From Octopus vulgaris (taxonomy: Eukaryota), in NCBI GenBank assembly GCA_951406725.2, contig OX597814.1, forward strand, positions 114,328,001 through 114,392,000: 64,000 bases of DNA. The letters run 5' to 3'. Positions within the stretch are counted from its first letter, which is position 1. The number at the start of each line of letters is the position of its first letter. The position numbers were made by a program, and so were the translations under genes. Positions 13,092 to 26,000 of this stretch are shown here, piece by piece. The notes under the pieces are model-generated. The model was not told the origin of the DNA. It did no database searches and saw only the letters and a list, made by a program, of their open reading frames with translations.

Positions 13092-16000
13092 GTTTAACAT
13101 CCGTATTCCGTGCTAGCACGGGTTGGACGGTTCAACCGGGGTCTGGGAAGCCAGGGGGCTGCACCAGGCTCCAATCTGATCCGGCAGTGTTTCTACAGCT
13201 GGATGCCCTTCCTAATGCCAACCATTCTATGAATGTAGTGGGTGCTTTTTACGTGCCTCCGGCACAGAAGCCAGTCAAGGCGGTGCTGCATTGGCCATGT
13301 TCGGATGGTGCCTTTTACATGCCGCCGGCACAGTAAAGATATACCGGAATAGTTAGGAAGCTTTTTAGCTGTAAATTTGAGTCTGAAAAATTCGACTTGT
13401 ATTCTTGAAAAAATGGTAAGTCAAGTTATAGGGTAAACGTTACTTGTATTTGGAATTGTCATGAAACTTGATTGTATTTAATCAAAATCTCTAAATCTAA
13501 TTAGCTCCCATTTTCGTCCTTATAATTTGATATTTAGTTCTGTGTATGTTTCTATATTTTGAAGAAAGTATTTATTAAAATTTTCCTCTATTTGCAGGCG
13601 TCTTCATTTCCTACGGTGATTGTGTATATAATGGACATTTCACGCAGTGTCAGTCCCGTCACATTTATGTCCAACATGCTCTACGCCTGCAGTATCCTGT
13701 ACAAAACTAAGTTGCCATTTATTGTTGTGATGAACAAAGTAAGGAAATCATCATCATCATCATCATCATTGTTTTTGTTTTATCGTCTCGTTGATTTTTT
13801 GCGATGGTTTTGTGACTGGGTTAGATCAATGGTTCTCAGCTGGGGTCCGCATAACATTCTGTTGTTAAAATTGTATGTGCAATAAATTGGTTGCCAGTGA
13901 AAGAAATTTGGGTAATCTAAGAATTAAGGAAGCTATCCCCATAGACAGACTAGGGCCCCAAATTAACGACAGGCTGGAGGTTGAAAGTCAATATATCATT
14001 TAGCTACATCTGGATGCATGTAGGTTCATTTTTGATAATATGCTCATGTATTATTTATAAAAAAAAGAAAAGGAGAAAAAAAAGAAGGTAACTGCATGTG
14101 TAATACATAACTTAGAAGCAGCGCTACGGATGTGCCAGCACACATGAGCTTGAGACATGGCCACTCCCATGCAATTCTCATGAGGATTTCTGGAAGGAGC
14201 TGCGTGAGACCACTGCAGAGATGTTGCCAAAAAAAAATAAAAAAAAACCTTGGAAAACTGATTATAGCAGTGACTCGATCAATTCCTAGGGATATCTGAA
14301 TAAGGAATTTTGATATTTCGAAATATCAGACTATGGATGATTAAATTATAACAGTTATTATAGTCCATTGTTGTGCCATTCAAGACATTATTTTTTTAAT
14401 AAAATATTTCATTTATTTATACAAAACCTAATATGTAATTATAAAAATATAGTAGGATTTGTAAAATATAACATGTCTCGAATGGCACAACATTACAGAG
14501 TGGACTATAACAGTTATTATAGTCCACTCTGCATTGTTGTGCCATTCAAGACCCATTATATTTTACAAACAATACACAATGCTTCAAACGAACAACAATA
14601 CTCTCCTATAATAGTATTTTTTTTAATACATCAAATCACTATGAGGGTCCTTCTGAGTAAAACAGGAATCAAAAGGATCCATGGATCTAAAATGGTTGAG
14701 AACCACTGAGTTAGACTGTAGTAAGGGAAATTGTTGTATTTCTTGATACTGTGACATATGGTCTGTGAAAACCAACGTCATTAGATCTGGCCTCACTTTT
14801 ATTTTATGTCTTGTCCTTTCACACTGTACCTTTCACTCAAGCACATAATTTAGTCTCCATTCTCATCATATGTCCAAAACAACACTGTCATGTCTTCTGC
14901 ATACATTTTTGATGTCTTTATCATTTAATTGCTCTCTCAGCTCATTTGTGCTCTGCCTTTTTAATATTACATATCTGTTAGGCTGTGACTCAATTATTTG
15001 ACTCTAGAACCTGCAGATTTTCTACATTCAATGTCATTATCACAGTACCACATAATGTGGCACACTTTACATATCTATGAAGGGCAAAATCTTTGGTTGT
15101 GCTCAGAGGTAACAACTCCTTGGATATATTCCAGGTCTTCTGCTTGGTTCTCTGTCTCATATGACGACGAGTATTCCAGTTGAATATGATCAGCAGAACA
15201 GCATGCTCCTGAAATTCAATTTCAAATGGTTAAGCACTCCGCAGACCTACATACCCTTAACCGTTTTGTTACCAACCCATCTGAAACTGCCTCTTGCTCT
15301 GAGTACAAATGTCTTGTTTCCATAAGTTTTTAATTAAAATCTTCCACCAAACCTTAGTCACAATTTATGTTCCTAACACTAGCTTAATGATAACTAAGTT
15401 ATTTTATTAAATTCTTTGTTATATTTAAAATTAATTGAAAGAGACCCAGAGTATCTCAACAGAAATATGTTAACAAAAGGGTTAAAATATATAATAGAGA
15501 AGCAATTCTTAACCCTTTCGTTACCAACCCAGCTGAAACCCCTTTTGGCTCTGAGTACAAAAGTCTTGCTTCCATAAGTTTTGAATTAAAATCTACCAAA
15601 CCTTAGTCACAGTTTATGTTCCTAACACTAGCTTAATGATAACTAAGTTATTTTACTAAACTCTTTGTTATATTTAAAGTAATTGAAAGAAACACAGAAC
15701 ATCTGAACAGAAATATGATAGCAAAAGGGCTAATGTGTTTTTCAAGGAGATTCCTATGTGACACACAGTGTAACAAGGTTAGCCCTTTGAATAACAAGGA
15801 CACCTCATTTTTGCCAGCTGAGTGGACTGGAGCAATGTCCAGCTACTATTCTAGCTGCTATATTTTCCACTAAAACTATTACTTTGTCCCTCTGCAGTAC
15901 TAATTAGGTCACCTACCAACATGAAGTCTTATATCTAGTCAGCCATCTGAACAATTTAAAGACTCATTTCATGAAAACTCCTGCTACTTAATTAATTACT

Positions 16001-19000
16001 CCTGAATATCTTCATTATATCAGAAGTCCTGGTTCTTTGTCAGTCTTTGCAGATGCTGTACTGCATTTCTGGACATCTGTTAGCCACAGTGGATGCGTAT
16101 TTATAAGTTCTTGGAGCATTTTCAGGAGCTCATTCACTGATTCTGCAATAAGATCCAACTTGTAAAAGTTTCCAAAGATGTTCTGAACTTCTGCTTTTCT
16201 TGTCTTAAGATTTTTAAGAAATTGAAGGAAGTGAAAATCAATGTCCCAATAAACCAATACATGTTGATTTCTTCGAATTGCTCCCCTCTGTCATTCATCG
16301 ACACTTAATGTCCTTAGAACGGGAGAACGGACCCTCCCATATATTTACATTCCTCTTCACTTTATTATATATGACTATATTTCTTACATTCTTCCGGTGT
16401 ATTCAAATTAGATCAAACTAGCAGTATCGCCCGGCGTTGCTTGGGTTTGTTCGACCCTTTAGAATTGGAATTTTTGAAAAGTAAAAATTTTGAATTATGT
16501 AGCTTGTTATTCTCTTTGAGCGAACATTTTTCTAGTTGAAATACACCAAAAAATGGCGATACAGCAGTCAAAAAATTGTAAAAAAATTGGGATTTTCATA
16601 GAAAAAAGCACCTTTGGTGTTAACATGGTCCAATTTGTATTTTTTCTTCTACGGAAGGTAGAGCACGCCTTCTTCTATCATACCTTCAATTTTGGTCAAC
16701 TTGCGCCGCAGGGTCTCGGAGGAGATAGTATTGAAGGCTACCAAACCTGCCATACACAGACAACTTCAGTTTTATATAGAGAGAGATTTAGAAAAATTGT
16801 CATGAGTTGTCTCCCATGCTTGTCTAATTGCTGTTTATAATTCTGGTCTTTATCTAATGTATTTTTCTCATTACATTATTTTTCTATTTTGCTTTTCGGT
16901 AGTCATTGATTAAATATGTTAACATCAGCTTCTAAAATACAGAATGTTTTAAAATGTCATTAGTCTTTTGCTTGTACCTCAAAGTCTTTTTCTATAGAAA
17001 ATTTATCTTGTAACTTGTAAATACAGACACTTAAGTTTATAAATGAACGTTAAATAGAAATTTAGCACTTAATGTGTTTATACATAATGTTAAATAAAAT
17101 ATATGTTGTGAATATATAATCAAAGTCTCCTTTGATTTTATAATCATTAATATAATATGCAAACAAGACAGTAAGATGGCATCTTTTCGTCCTTCATATT
17201 CTGAATGCAAATTCTGCCAAGGTTGACTTGTTTGTTCCTTCTGAAGCCATGCCTGATTCATAAGGGCCGGTTTCCCAGTTTCCTTGGCGTATAGGTTCCC
17301 CACCTGGACGGGACGCTGGTCCGTCGCAGGTGAGCTGCAAGAGGAAAGAGTGAGAGAAAGTTGTGGCGAAAGAGTCAGCAGAAGTTCGCCATTCCTTCTG
17401 CCGGAGCTGCGTGGAGCTTAGGTGTTTTGCTCATAAACACACACATCGCCCAGTCTGGGATTCGAACCTGCGATCCTTCGACCGCAAGTCCGCTGCTGTA
17501 ACCACTAGGCCATGTGCCTCCACTAGGTTGATTTGGCCTTTCATCCGTTCAAGGTTGATAAAAAAAGTACCAGTTGAGCACTGGGGTCGGCATAATCGAC
17601 TTAGCCCCTCTCCACAATTGCTGGCCTTGTTCTAACATTTGAAACCAGTGTAATATGCAAAATTTCATTTCATTGGTAGAGTAGAGTGGTTGTGTAACTA
17701 TGTACAAGAATAAATGTTCCGGTAGTTCGCTGTGAACCATTAACTGGCTCATTGAGCCACTCTTTGAGCTCAGATGTTTAACAAGGTTGTTATTCATAAG
17801 ATTGCATATTTGAAACAATTGTTTATAAAGCATTTACAAAGGTTCATGTACATTTATTCTCTTTCATCATCATCATCATCATCCACTTTAGCATTTAAAC
17901 TGGCCCTGTCCGGCCCAAATATCTTACTTGTTTTGTGTTCAAACTGGCCCCTTCCAACCTCTCTCATCAGCCCCACAATCTCATTCTAAAAATAAACAAT
18001 CACATCACTGAAATCTCAAAGCTATGATATAATAACATGATTAACTCAAGACAGTAGGTTCAGTCCCACTGTGTGACACTTTCAGCAGGTCTCTTATACT
18101 TTGGCCATGGGCCAACTGAAGCCTTGTAAATGGATTTGGTAAATGGAAACATAAAGAAACCTGTAGTATTATCATCATTGTTATTAAGATTTAACGTCCG
18201 TTTTCGATGCTAGCATGGGCTGGGTGGTTTGACTAGAGCTGGTAAAGCCAGAGGCCACACTGGGCTCCATTGTCTGTTCTGACAAGATTTCTATGGCTGG
18301 ATGCCCTTCCTAATGACAACCATTCCATAGAGTGTACTGGGTGCTTTTTATGTGGCACCAGTGCCAGTATCAATTCTGCTGTGGCAGACAGGTCGTTTTT
18401 GAGTACGGCATGGAACCTTGGACAAGTGTCTTTTACTATAGCCTCAGGCTGACCAAAGCCTTGTGAGTGGATTTGGTAGACAGAGACTGAAAGAAGCTCA
18501 TCGTATATGTATGTGTGTGTGTGTGTCTTTGTCCCCACCCCATTGCTTGACATTAGTGTTGGTGTGTTTATGTCCCCTTAACTTAGTGGTTTAACTTAGT
18601 GGTTTCACAAAAGAAATTGACAGAATAAGTATTAGGTTTCAAAAAAAGGTCCTGGGGTCGATTCATTTGACTAAAAGTTTTCAAGGTGGTGCCCCAGCAT
18701 GGCCACAGTCTAATGACTGAAAAATGTGAAAGATGTTTATGTGTGATTTTGTGTTTGTCCCACACAGCCACTTGACTAGCAGTGTTGGTGTGTTTACATC
18801 CCTGTAACTTAGCAGTCTGGCAAAAGAGACAAATATAAAAAGTACCAGACTTGAAAAAGATAAGTACTGGGGTCAATTCGCTTGACAAACTGTTCTTTGA
18901 GGCAGTGCTCCAGCATGGCCGCATTCTAATGACTGAAACAAGTAAAAGAAAAGATAAAAATAAACCTTTACATTTGACAGAGTAATCTGAATGCCAAAGG

Positions 19001-20622
19001 GAATTAACCCTTTTATTACCAATCTGACTGAAACCGGTTCTGGCTCCGAGTACAAATGTCTTGTTTTCATAAGTTTTGACTTAGTCTTCCACCAAACCTT
19101 AGTCACAATTTATGTTCCTAATACTAGCTTAATGATGACTAAGTTATTTTACTAAATTCTTTCTTATATTTAAAGTAATTGAAAGAAATGCAGAGCACCT
19201 TAATAGAAATATGGTAACAAAAGGGTTAAAATATATAATAGAGAAGCAATTCTTAACCCTTTCATAACCAACCTGGCTGAAACCGGCTCTGGCTCTGAGT
19301 TCAAATGTCTTGTTTCCATAAGTTTTGAATTAAAATCAAGCTGAATGATGATAACTAAGTTATTTTACTAAATTCTTTGTTATTTTAAAAATTAATTGTA
19401 AGAAACACAGAGCATCTCCGAATAAAAACAGTAACGAATGGGTTAAAGTAGAGAAACAGTTCTTAACCATTTTGTTACCAACCCGGCTGAAACTGCCTCT
19501 GAATGAGTACAAATGTCTTGTTTTCATAAATTTTTAATTAAAATCTTCCACCAAACCTTAGTCACAATTTATGTTCCTAACACTAGCTGAATGATAACTT
19601 AGTCATTTTACTAAATTCTTTGTTATATTTAAAGTAATTGAAAGAAACATAGAGCATCTCAAATACAGTAACAAAAGGGTTAAAATTTATAATAGAGAAG
19701 CAATTCTTAACCCTTTCATTTCCAACCCGGCTGAAACAACCTCTGGCTCTGAGTACAAATGTCTTGTTTCCATAAATTTTTAATTAAAATCTTCCACCAA
19801 ACCTTAGTCACAATTTTTGTTCCTCACACTAGCTGAATGATAAACTATGTTTTCTTAATAGTAATTCTTTGTTATATTTAAAATTAATTCAAAGAAACAC
19901 TGAGCATCTCAACAGAAATATGGTAACGAAAGGGTTAACCTCTCTACGTCTGTCCTGTAGCCTGTATGCTATCTACAGTGGAGGCGCAATGTCCCAGTGG
20001 TTAGGGCAGCGGACTCGCGGTCATAGGATTGCGGTTTCGATTCCCAGACCGGGCGTTGTGAGTGTTTATTGAGCGAAAACACCTAAAAGCTCCACGAGTC
20101 TCCGGCAGGGGATGGTGGTGATCCCTGCTGTACTCTTTCACCACAACTTTCTCTCACTCTTACTTCCTGTTTCTGTTGTACCTGTATTTCAAAGGGCCGG
20201 CCTTGTCACTCTCTGTGTCACACTGAATATCCCCGAGAACTACGTTAAGGGTGCACGTGTCTGTGGAGTGCTCAGCCACTTACACGTTAATTTCACGAGC
20301 AGGCTGTTCCGTTGATTCGGATCAACCGGAACCCTCATCGTCGTAACCGACGGAGTGCTTCCATCCATGCTATCTACACTGATACATTTCAGCTCCTTCA
20401 TTACTTATTGTTCCTCTTGTTTTTTTTTTTTCTGGTGCAGACAGATATTGTGAGCCATGAATTTGCAGTGGAATGGATGACTGACTTTGAGACTTTTGAA
20501 GAAGCCTTACAGAATGAAACTTCATACGTTTCAAACTTGACCAGGTCCATGAGTTTGGTCTTGGATGAATTTTACACTAACCTTAAGGTAAGTCAGAGTT
20601 TACTACTACTACTACTACTCTT

Positions 20623-20662
<40 letters not shown>

Positions 20663-22998
20663 TTCTTCTTCTTCTTCTTCTTCACCATCATCATCATCTG
20701 ACCTTTTTTTCCCATGCTAGCATGGGTTGGATGGTTTGACAGGAACAGTGGCCCACACCGAGGCGATGACAAGTTATGGAGACCTTTGGAGATATGCTGT
20801 GCTTGAGAAGACCAGGCAAGCCAAGTAAGACTGTAACTGTGGCCTATACCAGTGCAGCATAACCAGCCCATTTAAGAGTACCCTTCAATCATTGAGCAAT
20901 AAACTGCGCTTGCGAAGACCTGTTGAAGCAAGTAAAGTCGTCGTCATGGTTGATGATAGTACCGCCTGATTGGCACCCATGCCTGTGGCACGTAAAAAGC
21001 ACCATTTGAGTGTGGTAGTTGCCAGTGCCGCCTGATTGGCTCCTGTGCCAGTGGAATGTAAAAAGCACTATTCAAGTGTAGCCGATGCTAGTATCACCTG
21101 ACTGGCTCTCATGCCGGTGGCACATAAAAAGCACTGTTTAAGTGTGGCCAATCCCAGTACTGCCTGGCTAGCCCTCGTGCCAGTGGAATGTAAAAAGCAA
21201 TCAATACACTCTCGGAGTGGTTGGCGTTAGGAAGGGCATCCAGCTGTAGAAACTTTCCCAGTTCAGATTGGAGCCTGGTGCAGCCTCCTGGCTTGCCAGC
21301 TTCTGTCAAACTGTCCAACCCATGCCAGCATGGAAAGTGGTCTTTAAATGACAGTGATGATGATGATGATAAGACGAGCCAAAGGGCATGGTTTCTACAT
21401 CTGGATGTGTTTTCTAATGCCAACCTCTGAACAGAGTGTCCTTTTTATGTGGCACCAACACCAGTGAGGTTGCCAAGTACCAGCAAGATAAGACCCCTTG
21501 CAGTGAGTAGTGTTTAGACTGTTATATTGTTTTAAATTCATTATGCACCTTTGTCTTTTTTTTTGTATTATGTTTTTATTTGTTTCAGCCATTTGACTCT
21601 AGCCATGCTGGAGCACTGCCACAAAGAGTTTTTAGTCAAGTAAATTGACCACAGAGTTTATTTCTATATTTTTTCAGCCTAATACTTATTCTATCAGTCT
21701 CTTTTGCTCAACTGCTAAATTACAGGACATAAACACATCAGCACCAGTTTTCAAGCACACACACATGCACATATATACACATGGCAGGCTTCTTCCGGTT
21801 TCTGTCTGTCATAAGCTTTTGTTTGGCCCAAAGCTACAGTAGAAAACATTTGTCCAAGGTGCTACGTAGTGGGACTGAACCCAGAACCATGTGGTTAGGA
21901 AGCAAGCTTCTTACCACACAGCTATGCCTGCACCTGTATATATGACAGGCATTTAACCTTTACAATACCTACCATCCTAAAGGTTGAAAGCTGGCAAAAT
22001 GCTTCGAAGCATTTTGTCCATCTGCATGCACTGAGTTAAAATTCCTCTGAGGTTGACTTAACCTTTCATCCTTTCAAGGTTGATAAAATAAGTACCAGTT
22101 GACTACTGGGGTGTATGTGACTGACTTAGCCCCTTCCCCGAAACTACTGACCTTGTGACTAAATTTGAAACCAATATCTAACTTCCTAAGGCTGCTTCTG
22201 TACAATACAGAACCTCTCATTTTAAAGGTTCCTAACCAAATTACAGTAATCCATGAAGTAGAAAGGATGAAAGGCAAAGTCGATCTCGGTGGAATTTGAA
22301 CTCAGAACGTAGCGACGGGTGAAATACCGCTAAGCATTTCGCCTGGCATGCTAACATTTCTGCCAGCTCGGTGCCTCGACAATAACCCTATCAACTATTG
22401 GCACAAGGTCTGATATTTTTGGGGAGGGGCTAAGTTGATTACATCGACCCCAGTACTCAACTGGTATTTATTTTAACGGCACTTGAAAGGATGATAGACA
22501 AAGTCAACCTCGGTAGAATTTGAACTCAGGACATGAAGACCTATCTTGCTCAGAACCCCTATCTTGCTCAGAACATTGACCTCCTGGAATCTGTCCAGAG
22601 ACGTGCAACCAAACGCATACCCTCCATCAGACACCTACCATATTCTGAGCGCCTTGTTTCCCTGGGCATGGATTCACTGAAGCTCCGGCGTCTGGCGACG
22701 GACTTGGTAAACACCCACAAAGTTATCAACAACAACACTGAACACCTTTTTGATCTCCATGTGTCTAACACACGTGGACATGCCTACAAAGTCAGAAAAC
22801 AACACAGCTCCCATGACTTTCGGAAACATTTTTTCACACTCAGAGTTGCTGAAGCATGGAATAAACTGCCTGCATCAGTTGTTGACTGCCATGACACTGC
22901 ATCCTTTAAGGCCCTCATGCTTTCCGAAATCCGCCGAAACTACACCTGATTATATATACACTTTAGATGAGTTGTAGTGCACCTGAGCACTGTACACA

Positions 22999-23031
<33 letters not shown>

Positions 23032-26000
23032 AGACGGATGAAATACCACTGAACATTTCACCCGGTGTGCTAATGATTCTATCAACTTGCTGCCTTAATA
23101 ATAACAGCTAGCTGACCCTGTGGATATTCTGTGGTTTGATTAGAAGCAATCATCTAGTGTTAAATTATCATCTGTGTTTGCATGTGTGTGCCGAGAGCAT
23201 TTGTATTTGTGCATGTGTGTATGTACCAATAGTTTGTATATGTGTGTGTGTGTCTGTCTCTAGCACAGATATTTATCTTCTCACCACTTTAATGTAATAG
23301 AAGATAAATTGATAGGAAGATGTGTGTGTGTGTGTATGTATGCCTGTACCATTTGTTTGAATCTCTCTTTTTCTTTCCCTCTTTGTCACACACACACACA
23401 CACACACATACATTCCCTTTCCACAATATGACAGATTAACACCACAAATTGTTTACACAGATCTGTCATTAGCGCTTTAATACAATAGATTATTGCTGTT
23501 GCTTCAGGTGTTGCCCTAAGGGTCAATAATCAAAGAACCACCAGTTGATGGTCAGTGTAACCCTTTTGTTATGATTCTTCTTTCCTCCTTTTCTTTTATC
23601 TCATTTTGGAAAAGATGGGTGACTGTAGCAAGAGTGTTGAGAATAAATGAACCTGTTTGAGCGAGAAATTAAGGAGTCTACCAAAGGATTCAATGTTGGA
23701 ATGTGGTTTGTGGTGTCTGCCACGTGCTTCACTTTATAATTTTTTTTTTTTCATTCATTTCTGTTCCTCATCCGAATTTTATACTTATTAATCATTGATT
23801 ATATGTTCCATTTTTCCCCTGACCCCTTGTCTGTCCTTGTATCGTCCACTCTATTTTTTGACCTTTATGGTTAACAAAGAAAAGACTTATTCCTGCCAGT
23901 AAGACTGTGGCCATGCTGGGGCACCATCTTGAAAAACTTTTAGTTGAATGAATGGACCCCAGGGCTTGTTATTTAAAAAAAATCTTGGTACTTATTCTAT
24001 CGGTCTCTTTTGCTGAACTGGTAAGTTACAGGGATGTAAACAAACCAATGGTGGTTGTCAAGCTGTGGCGGGGGACATACACATACACAAAGACACATTT
24101 ACACACATAGCAATTACATGCAACTGAGACCTTTGGAGATAGGCTATGCTTGAGAAGACCCAGCAAGCTAAGTGAGATCATAGTCATGGTTGATGCCAGT
24201 GCCGCATAACTGGCCTGTTTAAAAGTCTTGTCTTGTCTTGAGACAGCATTCACCCGGGGTGGGTTGAGCTGGCTTCATTCATCCTCAATGCTGCATCTCT
24301 CACAAACGCCGACCAGGCCTGGCAATTTGAGGCTAACGACCGTGTGATCTCCAACCACTCCTTATTCCAGCGGCGAACGCCGTAGACATGGGGGCCTAGG
24401 TTGGGTTCCAGATCAGCCTTGACTGTCATCAGCCAGGTTTTTCGTTGTCCACCACATTGCTTTCGTCAACCCTGAAGGGGAGTTGGGGCAATTGCTTCGT
24501 GGATGAATTCTCCTGGTTGATGACGGAGGGCATGACCCAGCCAATGCAGACGTCTTGTTAAGATGACTTGTCGGAGGGAGGTGATTTTGCACTGGTGTCG
24601 CTCCAAATTGTTGGAGACAAAGTGATGCCATCAGACACGAAGGATGTTTAAAAGTGCCCTGCAATTGTTGGGCAAAATGTGAAGATCTGTTGAACCGAGT
24701 AAAATCCTAGTCGTGGCCGATGCCAGTGTTACCTGACTGGCACCCGTGCTGATGACATGTAAAAAGCACTATCCGAGTGTGACTGATGCCAGTGCCACTT
24801 GAGTGTCACTTGTGTTGGTGGCACTTAAAAAGCACCATTCGAGCGTGGCTGATTCCAGCGCTGTCTGACTGGCACCCGTGCCAGTGGCACGTAAAATACA
24901 CCGTTTGAGCATGGCCGGTGGCACATAAAAAGCATCCACTATATTCTTGGAGTGGTTGGTGTTAGGGAGGGCATCCAGCTGTAGAAACATTGCTAGATCA
25001 GATTGGAGCCTGGTGCAGCCTCCTGGCTTGCCAGTCCTCAGTCAAACCATCCAACCCATGCCAGCATGGACAACAGACGTTAAATGATGATGATGATGGC
25101 AGCATAAAAAGAGGTGGGTTTTGTGCTGGTGTCATGTAAAAAGCACCCAGTGCACTCCTTAAAATGGTTGGCATTAGGAAGGGCATCCAGCCACAGGAGC
25201 CATGCCAAAACAATTGGTACCTGGTGCAGCTCTCCAGCTTGCCACTGCCTGTCAAACTGTCCAACCCATGCCAGCATGGAGTTAAATTATGATGATGATG
25301 TGGTGGTGGTTTTTGTTGCTGTTGTTCTCATTTGGAGTTCTAATCTTGTTATGGACAACTTTGCTGTTTTCAAGGTTGATAAAGTGGCCGTTAAGTATTG
25401 AGGTCAGTGGCATTCACTGGCCCCTCCTCTCAAAAATTTCCAGCCTTATAACATTAGGAATTCATGTATAATATATACTGGTCAAGGCTGTGAGCTGGCA
25501 GAATTGTTAGCATGGTGAAATGCTTAGCAGTATTTCGTCTGTCTCTATGTTCTGAGTTCAAATTCTGCTGAGGTCGACTTTGCCTTTCATCCTATCAGGG
25601 TCAATAAATTAAGTATCTGTTGCATACTGGGGTTGATCTAATCGACTAGTCCCCTTCTCAAAAATTTTGGGGCTTGTGCCTAGAGTAGGAAAAAAATATT
25701 AAAAAGCAGCGAGCTGGCAGAATCGTTAGCACGCCAGGTGAAATGCTTAGCAGCATTTTGTCATTGCATTCTGAGTTCAAATTCTGCTGAAGTCGACTTT
25801 GTATTTCATCCTTTAAGGGTCGATAAATTAGTAGAAAAGAATAATATACTGGTCGTATTATACCATTGGGAGGTATAATTAAGTGTTGTACAACTTATAT
25901 TATGTATAAACTTTTGCGTAAAATGTGCATTGTGCAATTTATTGCACTACAGCTGGCATTAGCTCCTTGTTTCATTAGTTTTTATCTTCTTTTATACTAC

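Noticed and set aside
12965-13336. 123-aa poly-His ORF
   Set aside because: A (CAT)n tail plus antisense SINE sequence; the same peptide recurs at many loci.
20436-20444. Tandem acceptor CAG-ACAG at a GPN1 exon
   Set aside because: The distal AG shifts by 4 nt and breaks both the frame and the NKTD motif.
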